61,332 nucleotides of DNA. Source: Candidatus Nanopelagicaceae bacterium (GTDB lineage: Bacteria > Actinomycetota > Actinomycetes > Nanopelagicales > Nanopelagicaceae). Where the stretch lies: the NCBI GenBank assembly GCA_035441345.1, contig DAOROE010000001.1, positions 22,815 through 84,146 of the forward strand, written 5' to 3'. Shown piece after piece: positions 46,645 to 54,700 of this stretch (position 1 is the stretch's first letter; the number at the start of each line of letters is the position of its first letter). A program made the translations under genes and the position numbers. A model generated the notes under the pieces. That model saw only the letters and a program-made list of their open reading frames with translations, was not told the DNA's origin and did not search any database.

Positions 46645-46732
46645 CACCACTCCCCTTCAATCTGAAGTTGAGACTCCTATCGGAACCTCACCTTTACCTT
46701 GAGGCTCACACTAGGCGCGCCAGAGGGGTGAG

Positions 46733-47116
46733 TCAAGCCGTCAAAGAACGGTATTCGTCAGCAGAAAGAAGCGTCGTGAGTTGATTTTCGTCGGAAACTT
46801 CTACTTCGAAAATCCAGCCCGCACCATAAGGCTCGCTATTCATAACCTCAGGATTAGCGTCAAGAGCAGAATTAATCTCGGTCACAGTTCCTGAGAGAGG
46901 TGCGTAAATTTCCGAGACGCTCTTCGTTGATTCAACTTCCCCGCAGACTTTTCCTTGGGTAAGAAGATCGCCAACTTTAGGGAGTTGAATGTAAACAATG
47001 TCACCTAATGCGCCCTGCGCGTAATCTGTAATTCCAACTTTGAATTTCTTTCCAGCGCTCTGCTTCACCCATTCATGTTCTTTTGTGTAGTGAAGCTCTC
47101 CTGGCACGTTCGACAT
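46733..47116 (-). CDS. gcvH: glycine cleavage system H protein
   Basis: Lipoyl-lysine motif EVESTKSVSEIYAP. Confidence 0.93.
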   Translation of the reverse strand: MSNVPGELHYTKEHEWVKQSAGKKFKVGITDYAQGALGDIVYIQLPKVGDLLTQGKVCGEVESTKSVSEIYAPLSGTVTEINSALDANPEVMNSEPYGAGWIFEVEVSDENQLTTLLSADEYRSLTA

Positions 47117-47665
47117 TTACTTTCCTCTCAAGCTACGCAATCCGGCGCGAGCGTAACTCATTCCAGTCCAGAGATATAACGCAATACCCCATCCCGCGAA
47201 ACCCCAACCAAAAATATATGCAGCATCAGCAAGCGCGCCCGAGGAAGACTTGGTGAGAAGGAGTAGAGGAAGGGCATACAGCAGGTTGAAAGTGGCGGCC
47301 TTTCCCAGGTATGTGACTGTGAAGGGGGCAATCCCCTTCGATTTCATAACGATGAGAAGCGCGCCTAGAGCAAGATCTCGTATCACAATCAGCGCGAGAA
47401 CCCAGATTGGAAGAACCTCGGTCACATACATCGCAATCAGAACAGTAATGATGTAGAGGCGATCGACTGCTGGATCCATCAATTCGCCTAGACGACTCTC
47501 CTGCTTTAAGGCTCGTGCGAGTTTGCCATCGAAGTAATCGGTTGCACCCGCAATCATCAAGGTAATTACCGCGGCGGGAAGGTTCTCTGAAACGATGACA
47601 AAATAGAGGAATACGGGAATTCCCAGAGCCCGAAGGGCCGTCAAAATATTTGGAATCGTTAACAC
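47117..47665 (-). CDS. pgsA: CDP-alcohol phosphatidyltransferase (PgsA family)
   Basis: IPNILTALR N-terminus and the D-G-x2-A-R...D-x3-D motif (DYFDGKLARAL...DPAVDRL). The only possible start is GTG 47665. Confidence 0.85.
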   Translation of the reverse strand: MLTIPNILTALRALGIPVFLYFVIVSENLPAAVITLMIAGATDYFDGKLARALKQESRLGELMDPAVDRLYIITVLIAMYVTEVLPIWVLALIVIRDLALGALLIVMKSKGIAPFTVTYLGKAATFNLLYALPLLLLTKSSSGALADAAYIFGWGFAGWGIALYLWTGMSYARAGLRSLRGK

Positions 47666-47666
47666 G

Positions 47667-47740
47667 TCGGGACGACAGGATTTGAACCTGCGACCACCAG
47701 ACCCCCAGCCTGGTGCGCTACCAAGCTGCGCTACGTCCCG
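47667..47740 (-). tRNA. tRNA-Pro (anticodon GGG); CCA not encoded
   Basis: Hand-folded. Acceptor CGGGACG/CGTCCCG, anticodon stem CCAGG/TCTGG, loop CTGGGGG, T-arm GCAGG-TTCAAAT-CCTGT, discriminator A at 47667. Confidence 0.9.
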
Positions 47741-47762
47741 TAAGACTTGCCATGCGGACGCG

Positions 47763-47768
47763 ATACTA
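47763..47768 (-). promoter_or_regulatory. possible -10 (TAGTAT) for tRNA-Pro and downstream genes
   Basis: TANNNT hexamer 22 nt upstream of the mature tRNA 5' end. No clear -35. Confidence 0.3.
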
Positions 47769-47813
47769 CTGAACTGCTAAATGGAGTGGTGTGCGAACTC
47801 GTAAGTGAACTTG

Positions 47814-49784
47814 CTAGCGCTCTCGAATGCGCACTGAGACGCGAATAGGTGAGCCTGAGAAACCAAATTCTTCCCGTAAACGTCGTTCAATGAACCGACG
47901 ATAGGACGCCTCGAGGAACTCAGTAGCAAAGATGACAAAGGTGGGAGGCGCTATACCTGCTTGTGTTGCAAAGAGAATCTTCGGTTGCTTTCCCCCGCGA
48001 ATAGGGGGTGGATTGCTACCAATTAATTGACCTAAGAACGAGTTAAGTTTTCCAGTTGGAACGCGTAACTCCCAACTGGAGAGAGCTCGCTCGATTGCTG
48101 GAAGCAGTCGATCTTTATGCCAACCCGTTTTCGCCGAAATGTTCACTCTTTCGGCCCATTCAACTTGGTCAAAATTGCGATCCGTCTCTTTATCTAGCGA
48201 GAGCCTGCGTTCTTCGTCTACGAGATCCCATTTGTTCATGCCAATCACGAGCGCTTTTCCAGAATCCTCAACAAGCGAGATGATGCGCAGGTCCTGCTCA
48301 GTGATTGGAACTGAGGCGTCGAGAACCATGATGACCACCTCGGCGTTCTCAATTGCCCGCTCGGTTCGCAGCGCCGCGTAGTAATCCGATCCAGAGGCTT
48401 GATGAGCTCTACGACGAATACCAGCGGTGTCGATGAACCTCCATGTTTTATCGCCTAGATCAATGAGTTCGTCAATCGGGTCACGCGTCGTGCCTTCGGC
48501 ATCATCAACAAGTGCGCGTGTGGTGCCTGCAAAGGAATTGAGCAAACTACTTTTACCGACATTAGGACGACCGACGATTGCGATGCGACGATAGCCATCA
48601 TCCATGCGACTTTGGCCAACTTCTGGAAGTTGAGAAACGATGAGATCCAATAAGTCGCCGCTTCCACGACCATGTGCTGCTGAAATAAAGTGAGGTTCGC
48701 CCAGTCCTAAATTCCATAGCGAGTGAGCTTCGAGTTCATCCTTCTCACTATCAACCTTATTTGCAATCAACATGATTGGTTTCTTGCTCTTACGCAGAAC
48801 CGAAATCAGAGCATCATCATCAGATTGCTGGCCAACTTGTGCATCCACCACAAAAAGAACTAAATCAGCATCAACGATGGCAGATTCCGCAGCATCGGAG
48901 ATTTTTAGAGCAATACCTTCCGCAGTCGGCTCCCATCCGCCGGTATCCACTACAACAAAACTTTTACCGTTCCATTCCGCTTCATACGAGACTCGATCAC
49001 GAGTAACCCCAGGAGTATCTTCAATAATTGCTTCACGCGAACCGATGATGCGATTAACTAAGGTTGATTTGCCCACATTAGGTCTTCCAATGATGACGAC
49101 ACGTGGCAAGCCAATCAGTGATCGTTGCTTCAGAATATTCCAGATGTAATCGACTGTCTCACTCAAGGATAGATTCGTCGAATCTACGATGATCGCGTCA
49201 TCTGCTTTCTTCAGCGGCGAAACACTTCTCGTCGAATCAATATGATCACGGCTTGCAAGAGAATCTGCCACATCAGCCACTCCACCACTGGCGATATTTG
49301 ATTCCTTTTGTTCGATATCTCTGCGAATCGCACGGGCGCTGATGTCGGCCTGAAGCCATATTTTTAGCTGTGCTTGAGGGGCGACAACTGTTCCGATATC
49401 TCGGCCCTCGACAACGATTCCATTCTTAGCGCTTTCAATAATCCTTCGCTGTAACGCCAAAAGTGATTGCCGCACTTCAGGCCATGCGCTGATGCGACTG
49501 ACAGCCGATGTGACTTCTGGTGTACGAATTGCAGTTGAAACATCAACACCACCACACAAAGTGATCGGGTTGTCAGGGTCTGTTTTAAAGACAATGGGAT
49601 ATTTCTGTAAAGCTTCCACGAGTGATTGAGCATCATCGATAGTTTCGCGTATCGCAAGCCATGTTGCGGCTCGATACAGCGCACCTGTGTCGAGGTATAA
49701 CCAACCAGCTCTCTTTGCAATTGTCTTGGAGGTCGATGATTTTCCTGAACCACTAGGTCCATCCATTGCAACAACAATGGTCAT
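47814..49784 (-). CDS. fused cytidylate kinase / ribosome-assembly GTPase Der (EngA)
   Basis: Single frame. Cmk part ([11 protein letters not shown], about 220 aa), then two Der G-domains ([24 protein letters not shown]) and a KH-like tail. The ATG forms an ATGA overlap with the tyrA stop. Confidence 0.9.
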   Translation of the reverse strand: MTIVVAMDGPSGSGKSSTSKTIAKRAGWLYLDTGALYRAATWLAIRETIDDAQSLVEALQKYPIVFKTDPDNPITLCGGVDVSTAIRTPEVTSAVSRISAWPEVRQSLLALQRRIIESAKNGIVVEGRDIGTVVAPQAQLKIWLQADISARAIRRDIEQKESNIASGGVADVADSLASRDHIDSTRSVSPLKKADDAIIVDSTNLSLSETVDYIWNILKQRSLIGLPRVVIIGRPNVGKSTLVNRIIGSREAIIEDTPGVTRDRVSYEAEWNGKSFVVVDTGGWEPTAEGIALKISDAAESAIVDADLVLFVVDAQVGQQSDDDALISVLRKSKKPIMLIANKVDSEKDELEAHSLWNLGLGEPHFISAAHGRGSGDLLDLIVSQLPEVGQSRMDDGYRRIAIVGRPNVGKSSLLNSFAGTTRALVDDAEGTTRDPIDELIDLGDKTWRFIDTAGIRRRAHQASGSDYYAALRTERAIENAEVVIMVLDASVPITEQDLRIISLVEDSGKALVIGMNKWDLVDEERRLSLDKETDRNFDQVEWAERVNISAKTGWHKDRLLPAIERALSSWELRVPTGKLNSFLGQLIGSNPPPIRGGKQPKILFATQAGIAPPTFVIFATEFLEASYRRFIERRLREEFGFSGSPIRVSVRIRER

Positions 49785-50836
49785 CGCAAGTGAACCTTCC
49801 AATCGTGAGATAGCAAGTGATCTTGCACGCGCAGAGCATCATCAGGTGAGAATGCAAGGGTAATTAAACCAGTGAGTTGACCTGGTGAATGCTCAATTGA
49901 AAGATCTTCAATATTTGCATTGATTGCTGCACACTGTTCGAAGAGTTGACTCAGAGCGCCGGGCTCGTCTTTGATGACAATCAGCAAATGTGAGTAATTG
50001 CGAGGCTTTGAACCGTGTTTTCCAGAAACTTTTGCGCGACCTTTATTGCCATTGATAAAGAGATTTTTCAGGGCGCTCTCATCTCTACTTTCAAGCGCAT
50101 CCTTAAGGTCTGCGATGATGTCTTGATACTCACTAATTGCCTTCAAAACTTCGTTTTGATTCTCAAGAAGTATTTCGCTCCACAATTCACCATCGCTATT
50201 TGCAATTCTGGTCATATCTCGCAAACCTTGACCCGATAAATTGAGATTATCGCCAATCTGCTCGATTGCCCCCGCAAGTGCAGTGCTTGTTATTTGCGGT
50301 AAATGGGAAATTCGAGCCAGTAAGGAATCATGAGCTGGCGCGCTCATGATGTAGGCCGTAGCGCCGAGCGCTTCAACCACTTCCTTAGCTAGATCGATTG
50401 AAGATTCTTCAGTCACCGACGTGGGCGTGAGAATCCAGGCGCGGCCTTGAAACAGATCAGCTTGAGCCGAAGATGGTCCTGCAACTTCACGACCCGCCAT
50501 AGGATGAGATCCCACAAATCGAGCTGCTAACTCCGTTAAAGTCTCAACTTCAAGTACAAGATTATTTTTAACACTACCAACATCTATAAACGTAGCTTGA
50601 GGGTTATTACCAAATTCCCTCTTCAGCACATTCAAAATGGTCTTCGGCGGCGTAGCGACAATAACCAGATCAGGGACTCCCACTTTCACATGAGGCGCCA
50701 GAAGATCTTTCGCTAGATCAAGGGCGTTTTGATCTTCATCATGCAGCTCAACCGAGGCTCCCCTACTTGCCAACCCGAGCGCAATAGAAGTTCCAATCAA
50801 CCCCGCACCCACGACGCGGACATGTTGAGATTTCAT
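49781..50836 (-). CDS. tyrA: prephenate dehydrogenase
   Basis: [17 protein letters not shown] Rossmann motif, C-terminal ACT-like domain. GAGGTGA Shine-Dalgarno sequence 6 nt upstream of ATG 50836. The longer track ORF is rejected. Confidence 0.85.
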   Translation of the reverse strand: MKSQHVRVVGAGLIGTSIALGLASRGASVELHDEDQNALDLAKDLLAPHVKVGVPDLVIVATPPKTILNVLKREFGNNPQATFIDVGSVKNNLVLEVETLTELAARFVGSHPMAGREVAGPSSAQADLFQGRAWILTPTSVTEESSIDLAKEVVEALGATAYIMSAPAHDSLLARISHLPQITSTALAGAIEQIGDNLNLSGQGLRDMTRIANSDGELWSEILLENQNEVLKAISEYQDIIADLKDALESRDESALKNLFINGNKGRAKVSGKHGSKPRNYSHLLIVIKDEPGALSQLFEQCAAINANIEDLSIEHSPGQLTGLITLAFSPDDALRVQDHLLSHDWKVHLR

Positions 50837-50874
50837 TGCTCTATCACCTCGTTTAGTAGATGGCGGACGGGTGT

Positions 50875-51237
50875 TTACTGGGCAATATCTTTCCGTAGCG
50901 TTACGGCGCCACGGAGGTAAATATGTGAAATCTCTTCTTGTTCGCGAGGGGTATGGCAATGGACCAAAACCCGAATTGTTCGAGGCAGGCTATGCGGTAC
51001 TGCCATCTCTACTGCACAGATCAAAGGCACCCTCTCCATCCCCATGGCTCGAGCTGAGGCGGCCGGAAAGTCGCTGACAAGATCCGGGGTGCAGGTGAAA
51101 AGGACCGAGATCAGATCCTTGGGCGCAAGGGAGTTAGAAGACAAGATTTCGGACATCAACTCGACGACCGCTTCTTTCATGAGCCCTGGGTCATCGCGAT
51201 CGATCTGAATAGCGCCACGAATCGCGCGTACTGTCAT
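50875..51237 (-). CDS. aroH: chorismate mutase, AroH class
   Basis: VRAIRGAIQ..., LFTCTPDL and YLRGA motifs. Start ATG 51237 (a TTG at 51243 is also possible). Confidence 0.8.
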   Translation of the reverse strand: MTVRAIRGAIQIDRDDPGLMKEAVVELMSEILSSNSLAPKDLISVLFTCTPDLVSDFPAASARAMGMERVPLICAVEMAVPHSLPRTIRVLVHCHTPREQEEISHIYLRGAVTLRKDIAQ

Positions 51238-51243
51238 CTCCAA

Positions 51244-51249
51244 ATTTTA
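51244..51249 (-). promoter_or_regulatory. -10 hexamer TAAAAT, 6 nt before the aroH ATG
   Basis: Minus-strand TAAAAT-ttggag-ATG. Confidence 0.5.
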
Positions 51250-51288
51250 CCGAAAGCCTCAAGAATCCCGCGAAGGTGATACGGCGTT

Positions 51289-51461
51289 TTATCGATAAAT
51301 TGCTTTAGTCAGAATGACTCCCTCTTGAGTAATTATCGACATTCCTTCGATCAGGGCGAGCAATCGCTGGTTATCTATTTGTCGATAATAGAGATGCTAT
51401 TCACGCTTGAAATTATCGATAAATAGAGATTTAAAAGGGCATTAAAAACAGCTTTATCGAC
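51289..51461. repeat. array of five TTATCGAYA motifs in an AT-rich 275-bp intergenic region
   Basis: TTATCGATAA 51289-51298; TTATCGACA 51333-51341; TGTCGATAA (inverted) 51380-51388; TTATCGATAA 51413-51422; TTATCGAC 51454-51461. Confidence 0.8.
51374..51427. repeat. 15-bp inverted repeat (14/15) with 24-bp spacer inside the motif array
   Basis: TCTATTTGTCGATAA (51374-51388) against TTATCGATAAATAGA (51413-51427). Confidence 0.8.
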
Positions 51462-51490
51462 TTGTAGTTATTCTCTTATTCTCGTTATAC

Positions 51491-51516
51491 CGTTTTATAT
51501 ATTTATTAATAAAACG
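51491..51516. terminator. AT-rich hairpin immediately 3' of rluB
   Basis: CGTTTTAT-N10-ATAAAACG. The T-run is on the plus-strand side only, so it is a weak or atypical terminator for rluB. Confidence 0.3.
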
Positions 51517-51518
51517 TT

Positions 51519-52214
51519 TTAACGACTTGATAATTCAACGCTATTCAGCGAACGCCACTTTCCGGGTGGTAACTCCCCCAGCTTGATGGAGCCGATGGCC
51601 GTTCTAATCAGCCGTTCTACCGGATAACCCAAAGCATCGAACATCCGTCGGACGATTTGATTTCGCCCCTCGTGGATTACTACTTCAATCATCGCGCCGC
51701 GGCGGGCGACAGAGATGGGCTTTGCGAGTCCATCTTCTAGCTCAACCCCCTCCATCAGGTTCTGAAACGCAGAACGGGAGATGGGTTCTTCGGATTGCAC
51801 AAGGTATGTTTTTTCAACTCCAAAGGATGGGTGTGTGGACTCATGTGCCCATTGACCATCATTGGTCAAAATTATGAGACCTTCGCTCTCCTTATCCAGC
51901 CTTCCCACATGAAAGAGTCGATCTGGCCATGATCCAAAAAAGTCCTGCAACGAGGGCCGACCTTCGGGATCTGACATGGTGGACAAAATGCCTGCAGGTT
52001 TATTGAATGCAAGATAAGTCTTGGTCTTTGTAGCAGTTATTAACTCATTATCAACTTCAACTTTAGTGTTTATCGGGTCTATTTTTACCCCTTGAGTTTT
52101 AACTATCTTTCCATTGACCTTAACTCGCCCTTCATCAATCAAAGCTTCGCAGGCTCGACGACTAGCAACGCCACAATCAGCCATGAATTTTTGAAGACGT
52201 ACGAGTTCGGCCAT
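51519..52214 (-). CDS. rluB: 23S rRNA pseudouridine synthase, RluB/RsuA family
   Basis: S4 domain (RLQKFMADCGVASRR) and the catalytic HVGRLDKESEGL motif. Confidence 0.88.
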   Translation of the reverse strand: MAELVRLQKFMADCGVASRRACEALIDEGRVKVNGKIVKTQGVKIDPINTKVEVDNELITATKTKTYLAFNKPAGILSTMSDPEGRPSLQDFFGSWPDRLFHVGRLDKESEGLIILTNDGQWAHESTHPSFGVEKTYLVQSEEPISRSAFQNLMEGVELEDGLAKPISVARRGAMIEVVIHEGRNQIVRRMFDALGYPVERLIRTAIGSIKLGELPPGKWRSLNSVELSSR

Positions 52215-52221
52215 AGCCGCG

Positions 52222-52227
52222 AGTGTA
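52222..52227 (-). promoter_or_regulatory. -10-like TACACT, 7 nt before the rluB ATG
   Basis: Minus-strand TACACT-cgcggct-ATG, lying in the 15-bp scpB-rluB spacer immediately downstream of the scpB stop codon. Confidence 0.4.
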
Positions 52228-52229
52228 CG

Positions 52230-52787
52230 TTACTCAGTGAGTGAAGCTATAACCTCATCTAGGCCGTCGATATTCGGCAGGAATGGAGCAAGAGCGGGGA
52301 GATCTTCCACGCGATTGACTCCGATTCTCTCCAAGAAATAGTGGGTCGTTCTATAGAGGATGGCGCCCGTTTCATGCTCAATACCGCACTCCTCTACCAA
52401 TCCTCGAGTAACGAGAGTTTTCATCACGGCTTCCACATTAACGCCTCGAATCGCTGAGACTCGAGCGCGAGAGATGGGCTGGCGATAGGCAATCACAGCC
52501 AGAGTTTCCAGAGCAGCCTGAGTTAGTTTTGCCTGTTGCCCATCAAGAACGAACTTTTCAACCAACGGCGCGAGATCGGGGTGGCTATAGAAGCGCCAAC
52601 CGCCGGAGATTTGCTTAAGGGTGAAGCCACGATGCTGGTTTTCATATTCAGAGGCGAGGTTGTGAAGCGCTTCAAGGACCTGCTCCGTGGGAGCTTCAAT
52701 AATTTGAGCAAGAACAACTTCTGAAACGGGCTCTTCGACGACCATCAGAATCGCTTCGATAGAACGATGGAGTTCTAGGTTAGACAT
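52230..52787 (-). CDS. scpB: segregation and condensation protein B
   Basis: IEAILMVVEEPV... and AYRQPISRARVSAIRGV winged-helix motifs. Confidence 0.9.
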   Translation of the reverse strand: MSNLELHRSIEAILMVVEEPVSEVVLAQIIEAPTEQVLEALHNLASEYENQHRGFTLKQISGGWRFYSHPDLAPLVEKFVLDGQQAKLTQAALETLAVIAYRQPISRARVSAIRGVNVEAVMKTLVTRGLVEECGIEHETGAILYRTTHYFLERIGVNRVEDLPALAPFLPNIDGLDEVIASLTE

Positions 52788-53720
52788 TTAGTTATCCCTC
52801 TGTTCAGGCTGACTGGCGGCAGACTCATCGTTGCTTTCAAGTACTGGTTCCCTATCGAATTCGTCGCTGACAGCAATCTCGCCCTCGGCCGCGCCCGTCC
52901 AGGTTATTTGAAGTTCTCCGAGGGCCATGAGCTGCTCGAAGCGGACCGAGCCATCTTTATACAACTCCAGCAATGAAAGAAAGCGGGCTACTACCACAAG
53001 GGTGTTTGGCGCATCGGCGACCAACCCTCTAAAAGTCATTGTTTTATGCCTTCTTAGGGCAGCCACGACGAGTATTGCTTCGGCTGCAACGCTGACCAAG
53101 GGAAGATGAAGATGCTCCACAGAAAGCGTAGGAGCCGTTTTGGGCGTTAGGACTCGGTTGGCAATTGCGGCAAATCTTTCGGGGGTAACCCCAATGAGCA
53201 CCTCTGGTAGCAGCGCTGCAAAAATGGGGTCGAGCGAGACCGAGCGTGGGAAGGTCTTCTCCTGAGCTGAGATTCGCTCCGCCAGGATATTGGCTATCTC
53301 TTTAAAGGCTCGATATTGAAGTAAGCGAGCAAAGAGAAGATCTCGAGCTTCAAGAAGAGCCAGATCTTCTTCGTCATCAATTTCGCCGGAGGGAAGTAAC
53401 CGCGCTGCTTTCAGATCGAGCAAAGTAGCGGCAACAACTAAGAATTCGGTGGCGTGGTCTAGCTTCCACCCCTCCTCTGTCTTCTCTAATTCACGGATAT
53501 ACGAGATAAATTCATCAGTAACAGTTGCAATAGCAACATCGGTGATATCCATCCGATGACGAGAGATAAGTTGCAATAGAAGATCAAATGGACCATCAAA
53601 ATTCTCAAGATGAACAGAGAAACCTGCTACGCGACCTTCACCGGAAATCGTCGTAGCGCCAGAAATTGGCGGGAGTTGACCTAAAGTATTACTTGAGGGT
53701 TCAACAAATTCTTCGCTCAT
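52788..53720 (-). CDS. scpA: segregation and condensation protein A (kleisin)
   Basis: FSVHLENFDGPFDLLLQLI motif. The start is taken as ATG 53720 (MSEEF...). ATG 53729 is also possible. The track start at 53789 overlaps parA and is rejected. Confidence 0.85.
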   Translation of the reverse strand: MSEEFVEPSSNTLGQLPPISGATTISGEGRVAGFSVHLENFDGPFDLLLQLISRHRMDITDVAIATVTDEFISYIRELEKTEEGWKLDHATEFLVVAATLLDLKAARLLPSGEIDDEEDLALLEARDLLFARLLQYRAFKEIANILAERISAQEKTFPRSVSLDPIFAALLPEVLIGVTPERFAAIANRVLTPKTAPTLSVEHLHLPLVSVAAEAILVVAALRRHKTMTFRGLVADAPNTLVVVARFLSLLELYKDGSVRFEQLMALGELQITWTGAAEGEIAVSDEFDREPVLESNDESAASQPEQRDN

Positions 53721-53729
53721 GGTGCGCAT

Positions 53730-53735
53730 ACTGTA
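53730..53735 (-). promoter_or_regulatory. -10-like TACAGT upstream of scpA
   Basis: Minus-strand TACAGT, 9 nt before ATG 53720. Confidence 0.35.
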
Positions 53736-53770
53736 CGCGTGTCGCTCACGATATGACTGCACCCCGTGGC

Positions 53771-53776
53771 TAGAGT
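53771..53776 (+). promoter_or_regulatory. -10-like TAGAGT, 6 nt before the parA ATG
   Basis: TAGAGT-ctcggc-ATG. Confidence 0.5.
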
Positions 53777-53782
53777 CTCGGC

Positions 53783-54700
53783 ATGGCAAAAAGTGCTTCA
53801 GAGATTTCTCGCTTGAACGCTAAATCGACATTTTCGAAAGCGGATTCAGATATCACAACATCATCCTCTGTTCTAGGAAAGCCAGAACGAGATTTTCCTT
53901 ATCCTGCGCCACTTGTTGAACATGGCGATGCTCGAATTATCTCCGTTGTTAACCAAAAGGGTGGGGTTGGAAAAACAACCACCACAATAAATCTCGGAGC
54001 TGCTTTTGCCGAACTTGGTCGTCGCGTATTGCTCGTAGATTTTGATCCACAACATTCGCTCTCTGTTGGGCTCAATGTCTCAACGCGCGATATTGAAGGA
54101 TCTGTTTACAACTTGTTGATGGATGAATCCACGAAAATCGACGATTTCTTGCTTAAAACGAGCGTTCCAGGAATGGACATGATTCCTGCTCACGAAGATC
54201 TCTCTGGCGCTGAAGGCGGACTCGTCAACGTTATCGCCCGCGAAAAGATTTTGAAGCGAGTGCTCTCCTCTGTTACCGATTTTTACGATGTCATTTTGAT
54301 TGATTGCCAACCTTCTCTTGGTTTGCTGACCGTCAATGCTCTCACCGCTTCGCACTGGGTTCTTGTTCCGCTGGAATGTGAATATTTCGCGCTCCGGGGC
54401 GTTGCTCTCCTTGATGACATCATCAAGAAAGTACAGATCAATACCAACCCTGAACTCAAATTGCTCGGAATTCTGCCTACGATGTTTGATCGCAAGACCG
54501 TGCATAGCCGCGAAGTGCTTGAGCGAATTAGCGAGGCATTCCCAGAAAAAGTATTTGATACCACAATCGCCCGCACCGTTCGTTTTCCTGAAACAACTGT
54601 TGCTGGTGAACCAATCACATCGTATGCAAGTTCATCTGTCGGAGCTGCGTCATACCGTCGCTTAGCTCGCGAAATTATCGCCAATGGAGGGGTTCGATGA
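53783..54700 (+). CDS. ParA/Soj-family ATPase (Rv1708 / PldP-like)
   Basis: Deviant Walker A NQKGGVGKTTT, DFDPQ, LIDCQPSLG. About 45-aa N-terminal extension. Confidence 0.88.
   Translation: MAKSASEISRLNAKSTFSKADSDITTSSSVLGKPERDFPYPAPLVEHGDARIISVVNQKGGVGKTTTTINLGAAFAELGRRVLLVDFDPQHSLSVGLNVSTRDIEGSVYNLLMDESTKIDDFLLKTSVPGMDMIPAHEDLSGAEGGLVNVIAREKILKRVLSSVTDFYDVILIDCQPSLGLLTVNALTASHWVLVPLECEYFALRGVALLDDIIKKVQINTNPELKLLGILPTMFDRKTVHSREVLERISEAFPEKVFDTTIARTVRFPETTVAGEPITSYASSSVGAASYRRLAREIIANGGVR

Noticed and set aside
51480-51520. The AT-rich end of the rluB-aroH spacer, considered as a possible dif site because xerD and scpAB are nearby.
   Set aside because: There is no CATAA-N6-TTATG-type core. 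The TTATC...GATAA motifs have the opposite polarity. The 41095-41122 sequence is a far better dif match and sits at the orientation switch.
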